Positions 12,432 to 23,881 of a stretch of 54,503 nt of DNA are shown here, one piece after another. The notes under the pieces were generated by a model. The model made no database searches, was not told where the DNA came from, and saw nothing but the letters and a program-made list of their open reading frames with translations. Numbering within the stretch: position 1 is the first letter of the stretch; every line of letters starts with the position of its first letter. The position numbers were made by a program, and so were the translations under genes. Source of the DNA: Catajapyx aquilonaris (taxonomy: Eukaryota); contig KZ538757.1 in assembly GCA_000934665.2 (NCBI GenBank), forward strand, positions 1 through 54,503. The letters are read 5' to 3'.

Positions 12432-14330
12432 TACATGTAACTGAGGAGTACCAGGATGAGGTAAACTTGATGAAAATGAAACTATGATGCTTAAATTGGA
12501 AGTTACAATAATGTGCCACATTGGTAAGTTTTGAGCATGCACTCATTTAGGTTACATGCAGCATTCTGTACCTTTTTTATTGCATTCCTTGGCTTTTATA
12601 CCTTTGTCACTGTGACGTGAGCAGTGACCTGCCACAGCCGTATTCATCTACCCTTATGTGATGTATAGCTATAGTGGGTCTAATCCATACATGATGAAAA
12701 TATGTTTTTAAGATAAGGAAGCAACAAAGTGATTCATGACTGTCCTCTACCCTCCATGCTGTTAGGGTACACACTATATAATATATTTCAATGCTGTATT
12801 CACTGCCTATATTTCCTGTGCTGCAGGAAGAGTTAGAAGGAAAGGTGACATATGAGAATTTAGACGATGACCTCCAGTGGTTTGGGACACTAGCTTGGAA
12901 CATATCACTACACAGGTGGGGCTCAAAGTACAGCCACCACCGTCTCTGCTCTTTTGCATTTGAATTCTACAGATTCGTAGCGAATGTAAGCCGACTTGTG
13001 GATTGTAACTTGACTAGCATTGCTTGCAAGTGTCCTGCAGGATGGAAGTAACCCATTCATCATGCAGGACAACAAAATATTTCAAAAATATTTTCTGACT
13101 GGCTACATTTTTGCAGGGAAGCAGCAAGTATAAGGAGATGGCACTTACCTTGTTCATGAGCATATTTCTGATGGATGGGAATATATTGTTCAACTCCCTA
13201 TCAGAAGAACAGAGGTTAGAGGTAGCCCAGAGTTGCTTGTCCATGGTGTGAACTTGCTGTGGCATCTGTGAGAGCAGCAACTTCTGGCCCCATAATATGA
13301 GTGAAAAGGTTCTTGTATCTTGTCCTAGAGCAATGAGTTCAGATGCTGTGTGAGTATTACCATTTGATTTTCAGAGCCATGGTACTGTGCATTAAGCATT
13401 ATTCCCTTGGTCACAAATAACCATTTCGTGCATGAAGTCTTACGAAATTAACCTTTTTGCTCTGACAAGTCATCACATTGTGTTTTGCTCACCTGGAATG
13501 AGAATTTTTTCACTGTTGTTATCATATCAGCTCCCATGATCTAGCTTTTGTGACCTGAATCACCACTACCACTGCATTACTTCCCAGAGTCCATTTTAAG
13601 GCTGTCTTGCTTGGTACTTGTTTCTACCAGGTTATTTGGTTTAAGAAGTTGCTCATCTCTGATGTATGTAGCAATATCAATAGTCATGTCTTGAACAGCT
13701 CCAGAGATTAGTAAGGGCTCTCCAAATGTATACTCTTGCATGTAAGAGAAAAAAAGATACAAGCCAGAATGAAAAGGTTAATGCCAGCAAGATATGATAT
13801 ATTTTTTTACATATCATGAAGTTACGTACAAGTGACAAGTTTCTGTGAAACTCTGGCCTATGACTACCCCACCTGTTTCACCAGTGTCCTGGGCTCTGGA
13901 ATGCCGAAGATATTGCCCTGGAAGCCTTAAAGTAAGGCTCCACAGTCACTGCACTGGATGTCCAGACCCTGCGGGTCCTCACTGCCCTAGCCTGCAGCTA
14001 TGCAAAACACAAGTTGGCCGGAGTGGCACTACCCTCAGTCTTGACTAAAATGGAGAGTATGTGCGGTTACGGACACTGAGTGAAGGGCGCAATACAGCTC
14101 TGCATAGCCTCCTAACAGTCCTAAGTCTGCTCACATGGGACCTGGCTGGTAACTTTGACAATGAAGATGAGACGTTACAGGCCTTCACTATTGCTGCTAA
14201 TTACATAAAAAAGGTAAAGGATTTTCCACATCTAGAGGCAAGTCACATGCATTTTTCAATTACTACATACATAAATGATAAGTGGTTAAAGAATATAGGT
14301 GGAATTTTCGTCCCTACTGCTAACTTAGCA

Positions 14331-14620
14331 GGGAGACGGAGTGGCACTGCGGTAACGTATGCTGCCACAGATGTTAAGGTCCCGGGTTCGATCCCAGCCC
14401 GGGGTTCCCCCCTTCATCTCGTGCAGAGTTGGGCCATCTCTGGCTTCGTCTCGGGTGGAATCTCCTCTAGACTAATCCACCCGGGGGAGTTCACAAAATG
14501 ACCAAGCAATGACATTGCACTTGCACTTTGCACATCCCCTCCCAGTCACCCTATGGTGGTATTCCACACCCCCCCCCCAAGAGGGCCTTGGGCCCTATCA
14601 CGGGGTACACTTTTAAAAAA
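14331..14620 (+). mobile_element. tRNA-derived SINE family A inserted in a MITE
   Basis: B box GGTTCGATCCC and 16-bp TSD TACTGCTAACTTAGCA. Confidence 0.9.
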
Positions 14621-15720
14621 TACTGCTAACTTAGCAGTACCAGTGTTGGAACGGGCATTGCTACATTAGCAGTAACTAGCAGTGGGATGAAAATTCCACC
14701 CTGTGTTTAGGCTTGCAGTAATATGTGAAACTTTTCAAAGGAGCCTGCCAGTTTGTTGCTTTGTTTCTTCTGCATCTGCCACTTGGATTCTAGAAACAAC
14801 ATTATGAACATGGAAAATACCCAGGTTAACCAAAAGACAGTAACAATTTGTACTGAATTTGCCCAATCAGTAATAGTGTTCACATATGCATTGTTGTGAC
14901 GTAAAGTAATAAAGTGGATTAATGTTAGAAGGCTCCAGCACCATTGTATTCCCCATCCCAAGAAACTTCTGTGTACCAAGAATTTCACTGGTAGCACTTA
15001 TAACAGCTTCCTCAGGACCTTTCAAAAGTGTTGAATTTTTAAACTTTGGACCCCCATATCTCAAAAACCCTCAAGAGATCGAGGGTTTTCTGGAAGGGTG
15101 TTTTCTTTCTAGCAGATGAGGACCCCGACAAAATAATTTGAACATGAACTTCACACAGCACCTTGTAGGGTTCCCTTGTAAGTCTTGAGAGTAGCTTTAG
15201 TTTTATTAGTGTTTCAGTAAATCTTCTCAGTTTCCACCATATTATAAAACAATTTTTTTTTTCATAATTGCATTAGTAACCTATGTTTACCCAATTTAGG
15301 AGTCAATTCCATAACCATCTCCCAGTAAATTAGCCACAGTACCTTGTGTCTAAGATTGATAACATTGTGAATTCTATCCATCTTCCAGGTGGATGAAGTT
15401 GGCTTTCTCCATTCATAAGACCATTCCTGACCTGAATGCTTGGTATGGAGAGCATATGCAGCTGTGTTACAACACTCAATTTGGCAATTAAGTGAAGGTT
15501 GCTTCTGGTGACTCACAGCTGCAGGCACAGGGAGGTGACATGATTCATGAGCTGATTCACCATTCATTTAGAGTGTGTGCACATGTGCCCATTCATATTT
15601 GGATTGATTGTTATTAAAGAATTTATTCTGTTCAGAATTCACAGAATGCACGACTGCACATAAAATGCAGCATCTGGAAGGTTATTATAAGATGCAATAT
15701 ATGCAACCTCTGTGCTAATA

Positions 15721-16298
15721 TACAGGGTGTTTCAGAGTCACGGGTCAAGCGCGTGCGAGGGGGTGGGGAAAAATCGTAGGTGGCGACAACCCCGGTCGGT
15801 TTTATAAAACAATTAGAAATACGGAGTAATCAATTATTTTATTACGGCGTGACGTCACATCCTTTCTGTTCGAATTGACTGGCGCGGACTGGCAGGTGCA
15901 CTAGTGGGTTGAACCTGGTTGAATGGCTTTTTAGCCTTGCGGGTTGCACTGAAAAAGGTGTTCTCCTGCTATACCGGCAGGGTACTGTGCACACTACTGT
16001 AGAGTAGTACACTACTTTGTACAGTACCCTACCAGTATAGCATGAGAGCGCCTTTTTCAGTGCAACCCGCAAGGCTAAAAAGCCGTTCAACCAGGTTCAA
16101 CTCACTAGTGCACCTGCCAGTCTGCGCCAGTCAATTCGAACAGAAAGGATGCGACATATTATGCCTTACTGCCGTAATAAATAAATATTGATTACTGCCG
16201 TATTTCTAATTGTTTTATAACACCGACCGGGGTTGTCGCCACCTACGATTTTCCCCACCCCCTCGCGCGCTTGACCCGTGACTCTGAAACACCCTGTA
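15721..16298. mobile_element. Fully palindromic Tc1/mariner-type MITE
   Basis: TA-CAGGGTG...CACCCTG-TA, with arms pairing almost to the centre (about 16003). Confidence 0.92.
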
Positions 16299-16700
16299 TT
16301 GTGTGAAATCTTTTAGCAGGCAGTCATACATTCTTTTGGGAGTTTAAAATTCTTTCTTGAGGGGGAAAAAATACCTTCTGGTCGTCTTTTTAAATGATAG
16401 TTTTAAAATTTCACATATGGCTGATACAATAAAGACAAGCAAGTGTTCCTTGGCATTTGCACGAAGACATACGAGGGCGGATCAAATGAACCCGAATATG
16501 GTGTCTGGACTGGATACTACTTAAGGCATGGATTTGAAACTTCCGGCACAGGCAGATGGTATAGATACCTCCTATTGGCATGAGTCAGAATCTTCGCGCG
16601 CATACCACAGGCATTCCAAGATGGCATGCTCCCTATCTCACATGTCCAAAAGGGATCAACACATTGCCGTTCAATTTATCGGAGGATGCTTCCCGTATAC

Positions 16701-17596
16701 CCTCCTGAGACCTGAGAAGAATTGAGTAATGCAATGTCAGTTCCTATTGCATTTTCTGCACATTTTCCCAATAAGAAACGAGAAAAAATTATAATTCTAA
16801 AATATTGAAATAAATAACGACACACAACCAATGAGAAGATTAGGACTCAATTGCTGCTACAAAAGCAGAACAGATAAATGTTGAAAAGTTACATGCCACT
16901 AAATTGATCACTCACATGGTGCTCTAACCTCCAAACAATGTTGTTTTTTTTTACATTCATTTGTGGAATTCATGGTAGCAAATCCTCTTGGCAGAAGACA
17001 ATTAAAGATAAATATGAAATTATATGAAAGGCCACCACTCCAGGCATGGGCCTTGCTCCTTCCCTTCTGACCTCATAGCATGGTACTTCGCTGTTCTAGA
17101 TTTTAAAACTGAACTCTAGTGCAAAGAACACTTCCTTATGGGTGTATAGGTACAGGCACTTAAAGAAAAGTCACAGCCCATTCAGCTAAAAAAAACTTTT
17201 TTCGGATGTCCATGGGCATTTGGTCTCAGGAAGAAAAGAAAATCACCAGTTCTCTACAGCAACAAAGATCGTCACAAACACATCTTTTCGTATTTCCTAA
17301 TGCACATTCCTTGTGAATCCCAAGACATTCGCTGCATTGACCAAAATCGCACTCTAAATATGAGTATAAAAATAAAACTTATCAGATGAGTGTCTAGCTT
17401 CACCAGCGGCCCCTCATTTTTTCCGCGATTTAATTTTCGCGGCCCTCGTCAGATATTCGACACTAGGTGGCTACACCTATTCGGGCCAGATTGTAATCAT
17501 GGGATACCAACAGATTACAGTTCCGTTGGCATCACTAGTTGGCGCCAAAAAAACTTTTCCAGATGTCCAATATATTGGACGTCAGGTCTCAGGAGG
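16701..17596. mobile_element. Non-autonomous TIR element with CC..GG ends and 4-bp TSD
   Basis: ATAC|cctcctgagacctga...tcaggtctcaggagg|ATAC. Confidence 0.8.
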
Positions 17597-17630
17597 ATAC
17601 GGCAGCAACTGCCTGGGAAAGACAACCGTG

Positions 17631-18082
17631 TGTTGTATTATGTATCCAGGGTAATGATTGTTGATTAAAGTTATTAGATGACATTCTAAAGCCTAGTCCA
17701 GCCTTTGAGTAGCTCCCCCCATAACACAACATGGTGGCAGCGGTACAAGTGGTACAAGGTTTCCGGGTCATCGTGAGTAACGTCACGAGGACTTCGCTCC
17801 ATTAGACGTTGAAGTTGCAAGTGACTGGCGGGGGACAGTGCAAATCCTGTTGCTGGAGTTCCAGGCATTTTGAATATGGCAGCCTATTATCAAGTTCCTC
17901 CCCCAGAGCCCTTCGCATTTTCTGCACAGTCGGAGTGGCCAAGGTGGCGCCGACGTTTTGAACGGTTCCGACTCGCCGCAGGTCTTCATCAGAAGACGGG
18001 AGAGGAGCAGGTAAACACATTGATATACTCCATGGGGGATGCAGCGGATGACATATTACTGTCATTCGGGCTCACTACTGAC
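17631..18082 (+). mobile_element. Ty3/Gypsy 5' end: 101-bp LTR, PBS and truncated gag
   Basis: LTR TGTTGT...ACAACA at 17631-17731. PBS TGGTGGCAGCGGT (tRNA-Leu-like) at 17732-17744. gag PPPEPFAFS...WPRWRRRFERFRLAAGL...QVNTLIYSMG. Confidence 0.88.
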
Positions 18083-19618
18083 TACCAGATCAAATGTATC
18101 GGAGGATGCTTCCCGTATACGTCAGCAACTGCATGGGAAAGACAACCGTATGGGAATAGTTCAGGAAATTCCGAAATGGCAGAGTATCCATGGACGATCC
18201 TCCCTTATCAGCTTGTCCACACGCGCAATGATGGCAGGTGTGATTGCACGCCAAGCCTGGCCTGGTCGGGGAAGGTCGTCCGTGGATTCTCTGCCATTTC
18301 GGAATTTCCTGAACTATTCCCATACGGTTGTCTTTCCCATGCAGTTGCTGACGTATACGGGAAGCATCCTCCGATACATTTGATCTGGTGTATTGCCTTC
18401 GGCCAGAAAAATTGAACGACAAATCGTTGATCCCTCTTGGACATGTGAGATAGGGAGCACACCATCTTGGAATGCCTGTGGCTGTGGCTGTGGCTGTGGT
18501 ATGCGCGCGAAGATTCTGACTCATGCCAATAGGAGGTACTGATACCATCTTCCTATGCCGGCAGTTTCAAATCCATGCCTTAAGTAGTATCCGGTCCAGA
18601 CACTATATTCGGGTTTCATTTGATCCGCCTTCGTACTAGAACACCCAGCAGATTCTTTCAGCTTGATCATGAATTGAGTTTGATGAAAACTTCTATCCCA
18701 CCTCTGCAAAACTTAACCCCAATACATAATTAACAGTGTGGTTTAATATGTGCTTCTCTAGAACAAGTCAAATCAGAATTTAGGCCAAGTTTCACCTTCA
18801 TTTTGACCATGGCAATGTTTTGTACCAATAAATGTCAACATCTTCCAATACTTGATAATATACAATTTTATGTCATCCTGTACAAACAGTAGCTTTGAAC
18901 AAAAATCATAAAATTAAGTAGGTTCTGATGCAACTCATTACATCTATGAGAGCCACTATACTCAACAATGTCAACAACTCACATATTGTCAGCAAAACAA
19001 CATACCCGGTCATAAAGAAAATTGCAATGGAATGCATAAAATAAGATGAGGTAAGTGCACATAGTTTTTAGCACTAGATGGACTGCAGGTTTGGGGCGTT
19101 AGCAAAAAGAGCTGCTCTCTTATTAATGACCTAATGCCAAGTTTCCCAGGAAGAATAACATTGTACACCTCCTCATGCTGTCCCTGTCTCTCAGAAGCAT
19201 ACCATTCAACTGTACCATACCTGGTGATAAGGGAGTTACAAAAGATCATTCCAACTTGACTCTACCTGCTCTTTTTAGTAGGGTCTCACCCCCCACTGGC
19301 AGGGTCAACCTTAGTCAATGAGCAAGGTTGAGAAGCCCCCCCCCCCCCTAACCCAGATATGCCTGAAAAAGTTTTTGTTGCATTTTTAAGCTTTTTTTTT
19401 TCTATTAGTTCATATTAGTTCCCAAAACACAAAAATTGAGATAAAACATTTTTCTGACTGCTTGTTTGCGAGAAAATGGCCGTTTCCTATAATTATGGGA
19501 TGCTAGGAAAATGTAACCTAGTATGGCCACGTGGTATGGCTATAACAGTTGTTGATTACATCACCATGGCAACAGTGACATTCAGCAATATCCATAGTTT
19601 CATAATATCATCAATGAT

Positions 19619-19955
19619 AATAATTGTTGTGGGGGTAGTGCTTCACCTTTCGGCGTTCGGCACGGACCTTTATTATTTGATCGTACACAGTATACAAGTT
19701 GGAACCATTGAGAAGCGCCCGGGCCCACGGGCAGGATGACAGGAGGGGATGTGCAAGTGCAGTGCATCTGACGTGGTGGCCATTTTTAGTGAACTCCCCC
19801 GGGTGGTTTAGTCTGTGGAAATACCACCCGAGACGAAGCCAGAGGTGACCCTGAACTCTGCACGAGATGAAGGGGGTGTCCCCGGGTTGGGATCGAACCC
19901 GGGACCTTAACATCCGTGGGCGCGAACGTTACCGTTGCGCCACTCCGCCTCCCCT
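19619..19955 (-). mobile_element. SINE family A
   Basis: 17-bp TSD ATAATATCATCAATGAT (19602-19618 and 19956-19972). Confidence 0.9.
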
Positions 19956-19993
19956 ATAATATCATCAATGATTGATTGTTGTCGATTGCATTA

Positions 19994-20279
19994 GGGAGAC
20001 GGAGTGGCGCCGCGGATGTTAAGGTCCCGGGGACACCCCCTTCATCTCGTGCAGAGTTCTGGGACCGTCTCTGGCTGCGTCTCAGGTGGTATATCCACAG
20101 ACTAAACCACCCGGGAGAGTTCACAAAACGACCAAGCACCGTTACCGCACTGCACTTGTACATCTCCTCCTGTCATCCTGCCCGTGGGCCCGGGCACTTC
20201 GAATATGGTTCCATGTGTACGTTCGATTGAAAAAATAAAGGCCCGTGCAAATACCCTCTGGGTGAGAACTAACCCAACA

Positions 20280-20328
<49 letters not shown>
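19994..20328 (+). mobile_element. SINE family A with the B-box segment deleted
   Basis: 15-bp TSD TTGTCGATTGCATTA and (TTA)n tail. Confidence 0.88.
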
Positions 20329-20330
<2 letters not shown>

Positions 20331-21424
20331 GTCGATTGCATTACCATTGGAAACAGGCTGTGCAAAGAATGGGTTGTAATTGAGTAACAATCAACAACAA
20401 TCAAGGATTGTTGCAACGGTCGCCATGTTAACCAATTGGCATGTAATCTCGTTTTAATTGTATGGATTTATTAAAATACAGTTCAACAAATCATACAAAA
20501 TCCACACACATACTTTACTTGTCCAAATGTGGGTTCATTTGCCTCTTGTGTTCCCCCGAAGGGACGCCAGATTTCAGCACTACTCTCAGACAAGGAGAGT
20601 AAAAAATATTCCTATATTTCCACATCGACATCATCATTCATAAGTTTTCTAAGTATTACAAACAAAAAATAACTCAATGCTAATCAACATTCCAGAATTA
20701 ATTACTAATCGTCTTCGGAACGTGGAGGTGCAGCCATTATTTCCTGAGTTAAAATTCAAACACCTGTATCTTAAATATCTGAAGCAATATTGAGCAGGTT
20801 TGAACTTGTATCGTTAGCTGGGACTCTCCTGAAGCCCCCGTCACTACTGCCTGCTCTTTAGCAGCAGAAGAACCTGTGCAAAAAAATTAAAATGTAACAA
20901 CTGTGCAGGTGTCCCCTATAGGGGACACTCTGCATATCTGGGTTAAGTTTTACAAACAGAGAGTCAACCTCTTATCAACCCTTACGCCCATCCAAAAATC
21001 CATTGCATATTGGTCACATTCTGCTCTTTCACCGCCGGGATGCATGAAGCACGGACAAATGCTTTGAAATTTTTGTGCAAAAATTCTATAAATTGTAAAT
21101 GAATGCGGTTTTCAGCATATTCACAAGAAAAACACGCAGAATTCACTACAAAATTTACATGTTCAAGTGCTTTGTCAGACTTTTTGTATGACGTCATCTT
21201 CTGGCGGGAATAATGGAAAAAGTTCTATGCACAATGATAGAGATTGTATGAAGCCCAGCTCAATTCTGGTGATTTAGCAATTAATTATATTGGTTTATAA
21301 GCAATACTTTGCAAAGAATAGTTTTTTGAACCCGTATACTTCCTCGCTACATTTTTTCTCACCCCAGAGTATCTATAGAAATAGTTATAGCAGTTATGCT
21401 ACACATGGCCAAGAGTCCCTGGAC

Positions 21425-21902
21425 CAGTGGTTCCCAACCTGGGGGTTGCACGTTGGCCGCAGTAATTTTTACTTGCAATAAATTTTATAGTAAATTTCAC
21501 CACGAAGGGAGGGGGGTGTCGCAGGTTACTTGACTTTAGTGGGGGCTTAACGTCAGCCTATTTCTGGCACTAGGCTCAACACTGACACCAGGGTGTGGTC
21601 CACCTCCTGGAAATTTGGCCACTCTGGGGATCTGGAACGTGCACTCGCGCCACCAGCGCCGGCAAGGTTACTTGACTAGGTCAGATGGTTTTAAGGCAGA
21701 TTAACTAGCCCATAAGAGCTCTTAAACCCTCTGTACTGGCCATGGTCATCATCTCCCACCCCTATCTAACCACAGTCCATAGGAAGAAGGACGCGCACAG
21801 TGTACTAACCCCCGAAGAGAGGCCGAGGTGTGCCCCCTAGTCTGAAGGTTACTTGACTATCATAAAAGGGGGTCGTGACCTGAAAAAGATTGGGAACCAC
21901 TG
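21425..21902. mobile_element. hAT MITE with internal retro-insertions
   Basis: CAGTGGTTCCCAA TIRs, TSD CCCTGGAC/CCCTAGAC. Confidence 0.88.
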
Positions 21903-22115
21903 CCCTAGACTGTGGGATTAGCGCAGTAGAGTTGGCGGGAGCAGCCATTCAACATGGTTCGAATTATATAGGCGACGTGGGGCTAACACGTCGCGTTAGC
22001 AACATATGGAATTTTTCCCCCTATGATTGCATCATCCATTGATCTATTGATTGGTCATGTGGGAGGACGAGTGAGAGCCGGTTAAAAATATTCAAATGAA
22101 ACAGTGCTCACCTCA

Positions 22116-22812
22116 AGGCCTGTTTACGCCCTCACGATATGAGCGTCGATCGCGCGGTCAGACGCTTTGCGACCGACGAAAGGGGGTTCCACTAGGTCCT
22201 GTCGCAACGACCATGGCATATGCGACCGTATCTATTCGAAGGAGATTTTGTTGGCTTGGAGCCGTGCGACGTCGCGCTCTTGCTGCCCCGCTTTCCACCT
22301 CTTCCCTCGTCATGTGACCCGGTTCCCGCCCGGATCTGACCAATCCGAGCCTTTCCCCACTTCCAAGTCTCCCTCAACAGCCCGTCGCACGAGCGGAACC
22401 AATCAGCAATCATGAGGAGCGGGAGGGGGGCAGGGTCTACCTGGCCGGTGGAGCCTTTCCTCCGCCCCATTCTCATGATGGCTGCAACTAGAAGGAGCCA
22501 GAAGGAGCTCAGACCCAGAAGAAACCCACAACCTCCCCAACCGGTTTTCCCCCATCTGCCTGTTGACCCCAGGGGTGAGGCACTCTGGGTGAGGGGTGGA
22601 GGTGGTTGTGGGGGGGGGGGGGGNGGGGGGGGGGGGGTGACAGCGCGCGGCCCTATACCGGGGACTCACATTCAAGTTTCTGGCTGTGCAACGTAGCACA
22701 TGTGTAACATGCTTTTCGACGGTATGCCGTAAACGCCCTGTGCGATTTGTGTGACTGACGGAAACGTCGGTTGCGCGATCAAGGCTCATATCGTGAGGGC
22801 GTAAACACGCCT
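22116..22812. mobile_element. PIF/Harbinger-type MITE
   Basis: TIR aggc(c/g)tgtttacgccctcacgatatgagc, 3-bp TSD TCA. Confidence 0.85.
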
Positions 22813-23139
22813 TCAGTTGGCCTAAAATTTCCAATTATAACTGATACCCAATGCACAGTTGACCTATTAGATCAACGTCTCATTTCCTGACTTGATCAAT
22901 CACTTTGTCGTTGATGGAGCTTATGAGAGGAGGAAACAGAAGAACTCAGACCCAGGCATATATGGACAGAACCCATTAATTTTGTACTATCAGCATGACA
23001 ATTCCAGTTTGGCTAGTGATAAAGTGTTTGCATAACTCCAAGCAGCAAGCAGGCAAATCTTTGGCTGCTGGGGTAGGTGGGAGGCAACTGAGAGGCAAGG
23101 CATATTGTGGTACACAACTTGGTAAGAAGGAAAGAGTTC

Positions 23140-23681
23140 TACAGGGTGATTCTCTCGAATGGAAACCCAAACATTCCTCAATAACTTTTTAACTATGGTA
23201 TGGTTCCCGATGAAAATTAACATATACTTACCTTGTGTCATGCCAAACAAGGTCTGACTAAAGAATATACCAAAAGTGGTCCCCTCCAGCATCCAAGAAT
23301 TTTTTAATGCGAGTCTGCATATTGCCGAAGACTCCTGCTGATTCCCGGCGGGGATTGCACTCATCCCCGCCGGCCAGCCTACTTGGCGGGCGGGCATCTC
23401 AAGGCAACGGGCCTGTTGCCTTGAGATGCTCTCTCCCCAAGCAGGCGGGCGGGTGGGAATGGATGGGATCGCCGCCTTCAACCTGCAGGAGTCTTCGGAA
23501 ATATGCAGACTCAGATTAAAACATTGTTGGATGCTGGAGGGGACCACTTTTGGTATATTCTTTAGTCAGACCTTGTTTGGCATGATACAAGGTAAGTATG
23601 TTAATTTTCATTGGGAACCATACCATAGTTAAAAAGTTATTGAGGAATGTTTGGGTTTCCATTCTAGAGAATCACCCTGTA
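23140..23681. mobile_element. Fully palindromic Tc1/mariner-type MITE
   Basis: TA-CAGGGTGATTCTCT...AGAGAATCACCCTG-TA, apex gcatctcaaggcaac-gggcct-gttgccttgagatgc. Confidence 0.93.
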
Positions 23682-23881
23682 TATTATTTGTGAGGTACCA
23701 ATATTATTTTTTGTATTTCATTTAGTAAGGAAGATAAAACAACTTTTGCAAAAAGTTAAAATCGAAGAAAAGAAACTGCCACAGAGCAAAATTTTTAAAA
23801 ATTCAGAAAAACTGAAGATGAGAATTTAACTATTCACTTTTGCTGTACGTAGTTTCCTAAATGAGCAATCACCACTTCGAC

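Larger units (their letters stand above)
3891..14840 (+). pseudogene. TEX11: Decayed intron-containing TEX11/ZIP4 (SPO22)-like gene
   Basis: Collinear AG/GT-bounded exon remnants resembling TEX11 in the right order: 3891 GWNIAI; 5594 LSGFLCHFCYHL; 9307 QYRKVDTICWY; 9760 NVVWCHIIMRNF; 12190 GIPHFLPSLAC; 12650-12745 TLM*CI / KEATK*FMTVL; 12827-12985 DDLQWFGTLAWNISL...FEFY; 13117-13349 EQRLEVAQSCLSMV*TC; 13885-14237 LDVQTLRVLTALA...LHSLL...AFTIAANYIKKVKDFPHLE; 14711 LAVIC. Contains in-frame stops and TE insertions. Similarity judged by eye. Confidence 0.6.
16472..18633. mobile_element. Mariner fold-back derivative hosting nested insertions
   Basis: TA-CGAGGG/CGAAGG ends and roughly 200-bp inverted arms. 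The right arm encodes a mariner N-terminus (DQRFVVQFFW..EGNTPDQMYRRMLPVY..CMGKTTVWE*FRKFRNGRESTDDLPRPG). Confidence 0.85.
19352..20942. mobile_element. piggyBac-type non-autonomous element containing two SINEs
   Basis: CTAA|cccagatatgc...gcatatctggg|TTAA. Confidence 0.7.

Noticed and set aside
17870..18548. 181-aa and 152-aa ORFs as real genes
   Set aside because: They are a chimera of truncated gag and off-frame mariner hairpin sequence, mirrored by the palindrome.
21523..21858. CRISPR-like repeat-spacer pattern
   Set aside because: The repeat is only 13 bp, spacers are 129-168 bp, the context is eukaryotic and there are no cas genes. It is explained as target-site duplications and kept as a TE finding.
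22990..23632. 185-aa ORF and its mirrored partner
   Set aside because: They arise from a palindromic MITE, giving the same peptide on both strands with no domain motifs.
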